Part shown: piece by piece, positions 49,921 to 61,930 of the stretch
How positions within the stretch are numbered: position 1 is the stretch's first letter
Layout of the letters: every line of letters begins with the position of its first letter
Assembly (NCBI GenBank): GCA_017499595.2
Contig: CM038999.1
Span: 3,534,001-3,598,000 of the forward strand
DNA: 64,000 bases
Direction of reading: 5' to 3'
Origin: Psilocybe cubensis
Taxonomy: Eukaryota
Translations under genes and position numbers: made by a program
The notes under the pieces: model-generated
Databases searched by the model: none
The model's input: the letters and a program-made list of their open reading frames with translations, nothing else
Told to the model about the DNA's origin: nothing

Positions 49921-51483
49921 TCACCAAGATCGACTAGGTTTTGTTACAGTCGCCGTGGGGACCTGCCACCCCTCCCCGAACGTTCTGTGTAAAACACTCT
50001 CGACACTCAACACCCGCGACAAATGACATGGTGTAGATTGAACAGGAACCATTGTCTTCCACCAATCGGTTTCCGCCGCACGATTATCGTTAAAAAGTCT
50101 CGTTGGGTCGCGAGGGTCACGCCCGAGCCCATTCCACCAATTCCTCGCAGCCTCTCTCGCCTCATGCCCGCTAAGCCACCACTGATAATAGACCTGTTCG
50201 TCCCCACATTCACCTAGATACCCTTTCACTTGCGCTCCGCTGGCTTGATTAAGATTGATCTTCCAGTTGATATTGAACAGACTGTGTATCAGCCCTTTGG
50301 GCTTGTTCTTGGTACCAAGATTCACCTCTGGGTCGCTGGGCCACACTGTGATAAACCTCTCTGGGTACATCATCAGTAGCGTGTTTACTATCCCCATACG
50401 ATGCGAAGGCAACCGGGCTCGTGGAAGTGCAGAGGCAAAACCAAGTTGAATGAAGTAGTCGTGGTACGCATAGAACGACTTTGAAAGCCACTTGATAGAC
50501 CGGGGAGGACCTCCGAAAAACGAACCTGAATTTATGAACGTGGGATGGGAAAACATTTTGGTCAGATTAGTTAATAGGCGAGCGAGAAACGTATTGGATA
50601 AATAAAACAGACCTTGAGTGAAATTCGTTTCAATGGGACCCATATCCTCCGTCCAATCGTGCATATCCGGTGGAGGCGCTTGGTCGATAGGGAAGAAGAG
50701 TAGGTCCTCCTTAGGACTCCCGGTCAGCAGGCTCCCTTCTTTCCAAACTGTCTCCACGCGGGCAGGGCCGGGGAAAGAGACGTAAGATTGATCATCGTTG
50801 AAAACTGTAAGGTCCACCCAAAAGATGTAGTCGTAGTCGTTATCGGAATAATTTTCCTCGCCGCCGCGCGAAGATTGGATCGCATGCTCTAGAAAGAACA
50901 TTTTTGCATTTCTCAAAGCCAATGTTTTAGGACTATGGACAATGTCCGCTTCGTCCCCCTCGTTAGTAGTATCGATATTCCGCGCTGCGTTTCGCATCCG
51001 GCTGTAAACCAGCTCCCTGCCTTTGAGTGGCGGGATGTCAAATGGTGACATGAATGAAGTATCAACCATCAAGTTAGAAGCGGCATCGCTACCGTGAGCA
51101 GCACGGACCGCAGGTGCCAGGTCGGGGGTGGTATAGAAATAGACGTCGTTGGTAATAGAACCGAGGAAGCGCGGGAGGTATTCGAAATATTGATGAGAAG
51201 CATTAGAAACGGATGATCTTGCGGTCGGGAAGTCAAATAGGGCGGAAACCAGGAGAATACGAGGTGGGTTAAGAATCGCGTCTTCCTCCTCCTGAGCTTC
51301 GGACTCTGACTTGAGAAAAATGTGGCCGACGTCTTTGGAATCTGAATCTGAAGGGGAGGATGAAAGGGCTAAAGTTCGCGGGCCCCAATACTGTGAGATT
51401 ACGACAATGTTTGTGATAATGAAGAGGGCAATGCATGTAATCGTGTTGCGCTGCAAAGGCGAAAGTCGTAGTATGCGTGCCAT
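49921..51483 (-). CDS. Type II membrane protein, putative glycosyltransferase (HtrL/YibB-like)
   Basis: N-terminal TM (ITCIALFIITNIVVI), ILLVSALF, VYFYTTPDL, NAKMFFL, YDYIFWVD and EG/QG|SFFGG across in-frame intron 50526-50612. Confidence 0.6.
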   Translation of the reverse strand: MARILRLSPLQRNTITCIALFIITNIVVISQYWGPRTLALSSSPSDSDSKDVGHIFLKSESEAQEEEDAILNPPRILLVSALFDFPTARSSVSNASHQYFEYLPRFLGSITNDVYFYTTPDLAPAVRAAHGSDAASNLMVDTSFMSPFDIPPLKGRELVYSRMRNAARNIDTTNEGDEADIVHSPKTLALRNAKMFFLEHAIQSSRGGEENYSDNDYDYIFWVDLTVFNDDQSYVSFPGPARVETVWKEGSLLTGSPKEDLLFFPIDQAPPPDMHDWTEDMGPIETNFTQGLFYLSNTFLARLLTNLTKMFSHPTFINSGSFFGGPPRSIKWLSKSFYAYHDYFIQLGFASALPRARLPSHRMGIVNTLLMMYPERFITVWPSDPEVNLGTKNKPKGLIHSLFNINWKINLNQASGAQVKGYLGECGDEQVYYQWWLSGHEAREAARNWWNGLGRDPRDPTRLFNDNRAAETDWWKTMVPVQSTPCHLSRVLSVESVLHRTFGEGWQVPTATVTKPSRSW

Positions 51484-52796
51484 TGGTGGCAAAAGTATGA
51501 GCACACGGCCAAAAAGACCTGCTTGCTCTTATAAAGGCGGAAGCGGGAATCGGAGGGCGATAACCAGATTCAAAATCCAAGAGTGCCCTTTCACGATTGA
51601 TATGAATCGATGGTGAACCAACTATATTGGGTAGACCTGTCCTGGAAAGGCAACACAAGCAGGGAGGGAACCAGGGAAGGAGAGAAACAAGCCCTGCAGT
51701 AAACGGTGTAGTTGCAATCGTAGTCGTCGAGAAACGAGGCGAATCAAATCAGAATGCCCAAGCCAGATAGATACAGGCTACTTGTCACTGTCAACAAAGT
51801 CAACCACAGAGTACTGATTCAACTGTGTACACCTTTAGAACAGCTTGAAAGAGATATGCGGCATGGAGGTACAGTGGGTGGTATCAAGGGTTCAGCTAAT
51901 TTATAGCAAGCACCGTACACGGATGTGGATGACATGTTTTGATGGTCGGCGTTCGTGCGTCGATTGCTGATTCTAATCGAGACTGGACAGATTAAGCAGC
52001 CTATCTGTCACCTTCGCGATAAAGGTGTTCAGACGTTCCGTAACTGTACAATAAAGGCATGTTAGAAACAGATAAAAACCAGTTTGCATTGACATACTCA
52101 CGGTGGCGATCTTATCCACGCGCCACTTCTCGGGTCCACTCACATCCTCGCCGATGGTGCCTCTGACGGATAACAATGAGCTATGGCTTCATTGCTTTTA
52201 TTATCTCCACGTCGTTAACACCCTTCGCAGATAGGTAACCCTTTCAAACGAAATAATTTTGAAGTTGTAAAGTATGAATGTCGCATATCATGCCATCAAC
52301 CATCGACGTGAGTTGTTAAAACTCTTTATATGTGTTGAGCGTCTCATCACAAGAATTTGCTGCGTTTCTTGGTACTGCGAGTGAAGCATGAGCGAACTTG
52401 GAGCATGCGAGAGCGGATGAGTCGGAATGACAAGCTTGCAAATTACATGCCTGACAAACACCTCCGTCGGAGTTTGAAAATAGAGCATATTTAATTGCGT
52501 CATGCATGAGCGCAATGTCGCATTTCAACATTTTTCATGCTTCCGGAGCCTACCAATATTCTTATAATTATTCCCGGCTTTGCTCTCGAACTTCGTCTAT
52601 ATAATGATGCAAAAGGCATCATCGTACTGGTGATGGGTAAATACTTCCAACTTCATCGGCGAGAGTACTAATTTCACCTTTGGTGGGGCGTCAGTTGCCA
52701 CCCGTGCCGATTTCGGCGCTGTATTCAAGTTTTATCTTGAATCCCATGGACCGAGTCACTCTAACCTAATACTTCGTAACGGAGCACTCTTTCAGG

Positions 52797-54397
52797 ATGC
52801 CTCCCACTTGCATTCAAGATTTGGCTTTGGAATTAGTTCAAGAAATTGTGGTGAGAGTGAGTACTGTTCCTCGGGACTACGTTTTCTTCATCGTTGAACA
52901 TTCCTTTGACAGGCATGCCAATGTTGGGACGATAGCCTATCAAAAGAAAGTCTTAAACAGCTAAGGCTGGTGTCCTGGCAATTTCGAGAGGCAGCAACCA
53001 CTTTTCTGTTTTCGGAGCTTAAGTTCAACTTTTCCAAGCGCCAAATGGAAGATGTTCTGACACAGCTTGACCACATTGCGCAACAAAAGACGGAGATTCG
53101 CCACTGCGTCAGAATTCTTGTAATCGAGTCAACGAACCTCCAGCTTTCCGGATCAACTAGTCAAGGGACATATGTGAATTTGTTGAACCATGCCATACGA
53201 TCGTTGCTCGAGGTCAGATCTATCCGGTAGGGTATGAGTTTCCTTATCATATGTCAAAATTAATGAACATTCTTAGGTGGACTATCTCCGCTCTCGAAGG
53301 GTTCTACAGTGTATTGGAGGGGATTATGGACCTACCGCATGTTCAAGAGCTTTACTTCGACTTCTCCAAACTACCGTTACGGTGGCAAACTCCTGAAATG
53401 ATACCGCTTCGTCAATTTAAATCGACTCAGCTGCAATCGTTTGGTTTTTTGGCGCGTGATGCAAATGCGCTACTGGCGCAGGGTTTGATAAACCAACTTC
53501 AGAAAATCATGCCCACAGCATCATTATCGAGGCTGGATATCGGATTTACAGATTCTGAATCCTCAAAGAATGCAGAATTAATGAATCAGTTTTTCAAAGC
53601 GCTCCCAAAAAACACACCTCTCAGGATCAAATACTTACGAGTACATGGATGGAAACTTGCGCTAAATTCACTTACGATGCCACATCTACGCCAGATGTCA
53701 TTTCTCGACCTGTCGCACGGAAGTGAACCCTTCTCGCAGTCTCAAATTTGGTCAAGCATCCTCAATAACGGAATACAACTGAGGAAGATTGTCGGTGCTA
53801 TAACCAGTTCGTTAAACCTGTATCTGCAGTCTTATGCAGGTCTGGAGCAGATCACTGTTATTATCCCCCGACCCAATTCGCTCGACGTTTTGGCATTTTA
53901 CCATGAATTATGCCAAAACTCTCTACCTATTCATGCTAGCACTTTGAAATACTTCAAAGTGGTTAATACAAATACGCAAGGGCACTGCGTTCTCGACGAT
54001 ATGAACGCTATTTCGGTTTGCGAAAAATTGGAGCATCTCACCGTTACTATTATGGCTGGCCACATAGATGATCTTGTGAGCTTTTACATCAAATACTAGT
54101 ATATCGAGTGGAAAGGATACGCTAACCAAACCGCTTTGTGTTCAGTATGATATTCTTCACACAGCAGTCGCTATGCCATATCTACGTATACTTGAAGTTG
54201 GATATGGTTCTGTTTCTGACTATCGCCCTCCTTCGGAAGCACATAGGATAGTACCAATGATCTGTCGCGCGCTCGAGAAGACGTTTGGCAATTCTTCAAG
54301 GTCATTTCCTGTCATAGTTTTCGGGGAGAAACGATACACCCCAAGGCAAGTTGCGCAAGATTCGCTTGAGCGACACGGTTCCAGAGGGTCTACGTGA
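52797..54397 (+). CDS. F-box-like / LRR-like protein, copy 2
   Basis: MPPTCIQDLALELVQEIV|...LKQLRLVSWQFREAATTFLFSEL. Introns fall at the same positions as in copy 1. Confidence 0.85.
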
Positions 54398-55007
54398 GTC
54401 GTGTAATTACATCTCTTAATATGATAAAAACGCCACCTTTATGAGTCAATACCAAAGGGAGTTCGGCAAAGACCAAAAATAGATTTGTTTTGGCAGTTAC
54501 CGAAACGGCATCTCGGCATTTCTGTATTGTTCACTTCCGAACGGCTGCCGGCGTGATTGAGAAAACCCAAGTGCATTTTCTCTGTCAACTTTCCGCTTTA
54601 CTCAACGACTCAGTGTCACGACTCACAAGCACCTATGAGCGAGGATAAAGATTCAGTGCAACAATACACCAGTTGCAGGTCCGCTGTTTCAACGATCGCC
54701 GTTTTTGCCGTGATAATACTAATACTACTGTGTAAACGTAAAGAAAGCACCCAATCACCCGACCTTGACTGTTCATTGACATAAATACCTCATAATTACC
54801 TCGTTGAGCCGGCATGGACCAGAAATTCTATCATGCGTCCTCTTCTGCTTCTCCGCATCATCCCGACGATCTATGAATCAGTTATAGAACGGTTACCAGT
54901 TGAAAGGGGACACATATGGTTGGGAGTCATCCCTCATTCCTCCGACGTCGCGTCTATCGATCAGCACTGACAATTTGAAAACTATCGTTCTCAATAATCT
55001 GTACAGA

Positions 55008-57022
55008 ATGCTCGAGATTAATCCATCCGTTGAGGCCTCTAATTCAACAAGAAGATCTATGATGCCTGACGAACGCGACCCACTACTGGAGAATTCGAAA
55101 CCCCTATCTGTTTCAAAAGCACAAAAACGAACGGGACGATTGCAGTTCTTCGCTTTATGCATTTCAATTTTTGTGGTTGGATGGAATGACGGCTCCCTTG
55201 GCCCACTTCTTCCAAGGATCATGCAATATTATGAGGTTGGCTTACGTTGCTTAAGGAGTGTATGTTCTTCTCTGCTATCTCGATGGTCAACAGGTGAACT
55301 ACGGAACTGTGTCCTGGATATTTGTCGTTTCATGCATGGTTTGTTATACACACCATTTCCGCTAAATTTACTGTTAAATCTCTATTGCTTTCTTCTCAGG
55401 GAGTAATATTTGGGGCACTAGCAGCGATGCCTCTGAACGACAAATTGGGTTACGGCAAGGTACAAACCTGTTTCTAACGTTCGTGTATTTTCCATGGCTT
55501 ACTTCCTTGGACGTAGACAGTTGCATTGGGATCAATGATCCAATCGTTCGCATTTCTTAGTCAATCACTCGGGCATACCCTCGCTTTCCCCGCGTTTGTA
55601 GCATCTTTCTTCTTGTGCGGGGTTGGGTTGGCCATACAGGCACGTAGACACTTAGAAAATATTCCATCTGGAAATTAGAACTGAAGGATAACGGTTTCCG
55701 GGCACCTCTTATTGATAACAACCTAACACGATTCCCTACCATTAGGACGCTCAGGCTAACACTTACACTGCAGTGCTCAAGCAAAGTGGAGAACTCAAGA
55801 TGGGCCTATTACAAGCTGCATACGGTTAGTCCACTATCCTCTACTTCCACTTACTCCATTCACGAACCGCGTATAGGTCTCGGCACTCTTCTTTCCCCTG
55901 TGTGCGCAACGCGATTCTCGCAAGCTTCAAATACTATCCCTTGGTCGTTCCATTACCTTGTATCTTTTGCCTTTTCTATCGTGAACATAGTGACTTTGGT
56001 TCGCGTGTTCCGAAATAAAACTCAGGATGGTATGCATTTGTTGTTGATACCTTATCAATGATGTCAAGCGTCACACTGAGTTATTATGTAGAATGTTTAA
56101 GCGATGCAGGGGAGAGTGTACCGGTAAAAAGAAATGGTGTTACCTGCACTGAAAACGGGAATAGCAAGTACGCCCAAATTTTCCGCCTGAAAGCAGTTCA
56201 CCTCCTTGCGCTCTTTTTGGTTTTGTATAACGGCGTCCTTTTTACAATGGGAGGTACGACTTGAGTTTGAATTGGGCCTTTGGCTTCGCACTCACATTTG
56301 AGAATTAAGGATGGATTGTAACATTCATCATCGTAGCTCGAGGGGGTGGATTGGAATCAGGCTATATCGCAGCGGGATTTTTTGCAGGTCAGTGTCCAAC
56401 TTGCATTCCGTCTTTTTAATGCATGAAATATTCGATGGTGTAGGTTTCACAATGGCGCGAATTGTTTGGATCCCGTTGAATAAAAAGGTATCTCACCTGA
56501 AGGTTGTTTCAACTGTCTACTCACTTGGAAACTGTCGAAGCTCGGAGAAGTCCGTGCGGTGTACCTATACATCACGTTCATGTTCATGTGGGTATCTTAC
56601 CACCACTACGAGCTTCTGAAGTAAATCATTACTACACTTAGTTTTCAACTCGTATTTACCTTCAATTCTTCCTCGGAGTTGAATGGCTTGTTGGTGTGCA
56701 TAATCGGATTACTTCTGGGTCCTCTCTATCCTATTGCAATTCGGCATGCAGCGCGAGTGATACCTCGCAGTCTTGTTACGGGTGTGATAGGTTGGATTGC
56801 GGCCTGTGGGGCGGCGGGGAGTGCATTGTTACCATTCCTGACCGGGAGGATGGCCCTAAGGTGGGGCATAGAAATTTTGATGCCCTGGTATGTTATTCAT
56901 GCATAAGTACTCCTCTATCTGTCACGGTCTGATTATGAATCAGTTTATTGGTGGTAATGGCTTGCATGGGCGCCGTCTGGATCGCAGTGCCAACTCAATC
57001 AGCGGAGGACCCAGAAACATGA
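55008..57022 (+). CDS. MFS transporter (TsgA/Bsc6-like), copy 2 (start at 55008 or 55059)
   Basis: QFFALCISIFVVGWNDGSLGPLLPRI and LGPLYPI...GWIAACGAAGSALLPFLTG. Exon structure mirrors copy 1. Confidence 0.92.
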
Positions 57023-57481
57023 TACAGAGACGCATATCCAGAACCCAGAAGAGATGAAATTGTTCGTTGTCTCATGGGGTCTGTGGCAAGTAAATTTGAG
57101 GAATGAATTGCAGGGGCAAGATGGATTTACCTTTAAATCTCGGCATGCTTTCTGGTTGCCACCAGCAGCTAGTTGTCGATGTCTTGAAATCGAACTTCTT
57201 CGCGCAGAGCCTGTAAAATCGTTTGATTCTCTTCATTTTCATGAAATTGAGTCCCATAACATTTCAATTTCCAAAGGATCAGCCCAGATCAGCCATATTG
57301 TCTCTTAAAAACTCGAAAAAGAAAACAATAAGTAAATGCTAACACGATATAAGGAAACAGGTTTTAACCAGGACAAATTGGTATTGCACGATATCGCCAG
57401 GGTCAAGAAGCACCCATCGACGGATAAGTTAGTAAAATACGGTAGGGCACTGGGCAGATGACTCCGATCTAAGTGGCGTTG

Positions 57482-58065
57482 TCATGATGTCGGCTTACTA
57501 GGAGCTGAAGGATGACCGTTCGGATGGCCATTTTGAATGATATTGCTCTGAGAGGGCTGGCCTGGATATGGTGCGTCTCGAAGATAGCCATTTCTCTCTT
57601 CATGGGCCACGATTCTGTCGTGCGCCTGTGGTGGATAGGCGTGACCTTAAGGTGGGTCAACGAGCATTAATAAATGCATTGACTATGAATATCAATACAG
57701 ACTCACTTCCTTGGGTGAAACTTTCACCATTGCGGCCATTAGGCGACATGCTCGTGTGCTGTGTTGGCTGCGCATTAGTGTGCAGGTCCATTTCTTTTAA
57801 TCGACTTTCACGTTCTACACTGGCGGCAAATTCTTCATCATCGTCGTCTTGCTTTCTGCGTGGACAACAAGGCCCTACAAAAGAGTGTTAATAGGTAACC
57901 ATAATGTATATCCACAGGAATTTGATTACAAAAAAGACACCCTCTCCCACAAACAGCTATGTGTCGGTGTATTAGGATTTAGGCTGGCAGCGATACAGTG
58001 AAATGCTTACAAAAACATGCGCAGCATAAGCAACAGACGCCACAGCAGTCAGCAAAGTCCGCCAT
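57482..58065 (-). CDS. Small protein with a Cys-rich N-terminus (4 exons; absent from the ORF track)
   Basis: Three phase-1 GT-AG introns (donors 58010, 57929, 57706) give one open frame MADFADCCGVCCLCCACFSVCGRGCLFWPCCPRRKQDDDDEEF...PSAPSKPTS-stop. Confidence 0.72.
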
Positions 58066-59074
58066 GATCCAGCGAAAGTGTGATATTTGTATGAGAGGAG
58101 GGAACTATGCAATGCAGTTTTGGAAAATGAAGGCGCGAGCCAACTTCTGTGCGAGAAGTTGGGGTTGTTCAAATAGGCACTTTGCTGTGAACTTAAATGA
58201 GCATAGTAGGTCACATAACGCGTCCATGGCGCCGTTGCCTCTAGCACAGCCTTTGCTGCTTGTAGAAGAAAGTCAAATACTCATTTGATATCGAGGTGGT
58301 GGTATAAATCGAGGGAGTAAACGTCTTAGAATGGGCATCGGAACAGAGAGCTGATTCTCGGATCAGAACACATTTAGCCGAGTGATTATGGCAACGCAGT
58401 TGAGATATCGTTGCCTAGTCGGTGCTTTCTACTTTCTTAATGATGTTGTAGTGTTGTGCAGACTCTTGCAGTACTACGTACTTCATATTGGCTGGTACTT
58501 CCTGTTTCCTGATTTCTGCTTCGAAAATAATTCATAGCATTGATACATTCTTGTTTTTTGCCAGTCCTGCCATGAATTACGGGGAAAGTTTTGGCACCGT
58601 GTTAGGCAGGAAATATGTGATTGTCACTACAGTTCAAAGGATTTACCTGGGGAAAACGTTCTTGGCGATCACTAACCGAGTTCAGCGTGCCAACTAGACA
58701 ACAACACTCCTTCATCAGGAATTTATACGCTCATATTAGCGTTTCAGGGAAGCAAGAAATGTCCATTTATATATAACACAGTGACAACAAGAAAACACAG
58801 AAGAAATAGTAGATATGCATTTTAGAGGTGAGATAATAGAGATTCGAGGATAAAGAACAAGTGGACGAGGGCGCTGTCAATGCCGTCAGTTTCCATTGTT
58901 ATTGATATCGCTGTCAACTGCTCTATTCTCTTCAGATCAACCTGATCTTCTCATTCATAACCGGAAGAATGGCAGTCTGTGGAAAACAACCCAAAAATAA
59001 TGTAAGCAAGACCATAAATTAATTTTGCTGGATCCTGCCAGCTTCATCTTGGATGGACTACAGCTCTGACGTGT

Positions 59075-60942
59075 TCAAAGAATCCACACCGGATTTTCAG
59101 GATAATAATCCACGCCGGCAAATGAATGCTCTCCGAACGAATCATTGAGAGTAGATATAGGAATATCCCTCTGATTTCTCGTCGAATACACCACAGAGCC
59201 ATAGTCCGCGAAAACGACCTGACTCACCTCGGAACCAAGGAGCCTGAGACGACGCTTCTCAGCGCGGCGTTTCTTCACAGCCAAAGCGGCACTGAACAGC
59301 AACCCGCCGAGCGCGATGCAGGCTACGACGTAAGTGAAAGCGTGGTCGGAGAACGCGGGGACGGAAAGGATATCCATGGACGGGGACTTGATTCCGCAAA
59401 CTTCCATCCACTGCTTGTTGCTGGTAATGGCACCACCCTGATTAATTACTCTATAAGAACATGTCTTATGTAAGGTAGACAGGAATACGCACCTCAGCGC
59501 GGTAGACAAATTCTGTGAATGGGATATCAGCGTTGTGGCCAAAAACGTGGACATCTTCAAATCCATGGGAGGTTCCGTTCTTGAATCGGATGCGGAGGAA
59601 GTCGCGGACATCTGGGGGCGATCCACGGCGGAGCTCGATGGCGAGGGCAGATGCGTAATCGGCTGTAACAACAAATGTATGAATAAATGTATCAAATATG
59701 AAAGAAATCAGTGCTTACGGAATCCTGAAAGGTCAGGACGGTCCTTGGTGATGCCGGTTTGTTGGAAAAGAGAAAGGAATGGCTGATAGGTCGTCTCAAC
59801 TAACATGAATTGGAGTGGGTCACCATTGAAAGCAATGCGTTCCAAAGACTCGAGAACGGTGTGGAGAAGAGTGCGACCAGCAACTACAGCAATATTTTAA
59901 GAGTGTTATCATGTGAATGTTTCTTCAAAACTTACTGTTTCCAATGCCAGCAATGTCATTGTCGCTGAAGACGCTGTGCTCGTGATAGTTGGCCCAGTGG
60001 CGCGCCTGCTCAAGGAAAGTGGGAGGGAGACGGTGGGCATAGGTTTTGTTGTGAGTAAGCTCTGAGTTGATAAAATCGTAGATCTGGGGGAAATGATTAA
60101 TCATCTCATAGGTAACAGGTGGCGCGATTGCCATCACTTACATTCCACTACATGAGATATGTAATCAGTAATGGCCTATAGAAGAAAAGGAAGCAACATA
60201 CGGCGTTCTGCAGGGTAGTTGGGCGACCAAAGACGTAGTCCCTTACGGCATTGAAGAAAGATGACGCCTCCTGGGATTTGGTCTTGAAGTCATCAGAACC
60301 ATAGACAGCTTTGGTGTGCTTTTCAAAGTTCTATGAGCGCTTGTGTGATGAGCTATGATCAAATCTATCAATATATCAGACGACGAACGGGGCAGTTGGT
60401 CCAGCTTTCAAGCGAACGATCATTGCCAGGCTCAACAGTCTCAACTGAGGAATGTCAAAAACATGAGTTGCAAGTATTTACATTTTAAATGAATTTACGC
60501 ACCAGGGACGTATTGGTAACCTCCGAGAGGAGCAACGATGGTGGTTTCATTGGCAAGAACAATTTTGTTGTTTGGGTTGGGAGGGAAGAGCCCTTGGAGG
60601 AGGGCAATGGCAGAATCAAAGACGACGGTGCCTTCGACACCAGCTTTGACACGGACTTTCACTTCGTTGTTGTCGACGAGGTCAGAACGAATTCCTTCAA
60701 TGTAGGAAGGAGAGGAACTGTCGAAGTAGGTCGACCGGATGAGGGAGCCAAGGCTGTGGGATTGGACCTATATCAACGCGCAATCAGAAAAAAGAAAGTA
60801 GATAGGTAACGAGGCAACATGCCTCGCCGAGAGCAGTGGTCTCCGTGTTAGATCCAGCATATGTCAACGGGTCTTGATAGTAGTTGTAGCGATCTCCATT
60901 TCGGGCGATGACAATTACACCAAGAACCTTTGAAAGCAACAT
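59075..60942 (-). CDS. Histidine phosphatase superfamily (branch 2, acid-phosphatase-like) protein with a C-terminal TM, catalytic motif altered
   Basis: VLGVIVIARNGDR..YQDP..Y....T.TTALGE, LLQGLFP, ETTYQPFLSLF, PDYASALAIELR..FKNGT and TM YVVACIALGGLLFSAALAV-KKRR. Confidence 0.85.
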
Positions 60943-61930
60943 TTTAAATTGTTAGAGATGCAAATGGGAGGAATGGGTTGTAGTCCAAATCCCTGTGTGG
61001 GTCCTGTCTTTTAAGGTAGAGAAACGCCTTTGTTCCTCTCGCTGACCAAACAAATGGTCCGAGCCAGGCAGTTTGAGCGTGGCGACGGGCATGCACATAT
61101 TCCGACACATTGTTGTGATAGCGTTGGTGATGCAAGTAGGCCAGCAGGCTTCGAACTTCAACATGTTACAATTTCTACACACGTGTAATGTGGTAAGATA
61201 ATCAGCTGGAGCTTATATGGATCCTTATGCTTACAAAATGAACAATCCTCTATTCGAACAACGCGTACACAAGGGGAGCAGAAACACGAGTTGAATGGTT
61301 CGGAAATTCTGTAACACCTGTAATGAAAACTGTCATCGAAGTGTGCATATATGGAGGGGTGCACGTACCAAAGGGCAGATTATACCCCATTCAGAACCCA
61401 TTTCTCTTTGAGGATACTTACGCTGGGGCAAATGAGGGATATTGCGCATTTTCATTGATGGTTGATGTCAATCATTAAACCATGGGTCGTCATGTGGTAA
61501 GAGACGTTACTCTAAACAAGTTTCGAGAACCAGGCGCAGGAGGTGAAAATGGTGCGGCAGCTAATTGCATGGTGCAAGGAGGCTCTTGGGAACGACTAGA
61601 GGCAAACACGAGGCAGTTGTAAGTACGCCTAACCAATGAAAAATCTATATTCTAACCTGCGTACCTATATTTCAACATTCACGTTCGGTTGACAAGATAC
61701 CATCCCGACTTTCAGGACAGGACTGGAAGCCAGCGAGTTACAATCCCGTCTTTGATTAGTGTACCTTGAACTCTTAGTCCTTAGACAAACTTTTATCGTT
61801 ACGTAACATTGCGGACAGGCATCCATGAGGCATACATATAGGATTTGGGAGTAAAGAACATAAAATTATTCTAGACCGGAGAAGGATTAGTCTTTCACGA
61901 ATGAAATCAAAGACGATAATGTACCTGCTT

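Noticed and set aside
36009..57022. Secondary-metabolite biosynthetic cluster
   Set aside because: There is no backbone enzyme (PKS, NRPS, terpene synthase, decarboxylase or methyltransferase) in the window.
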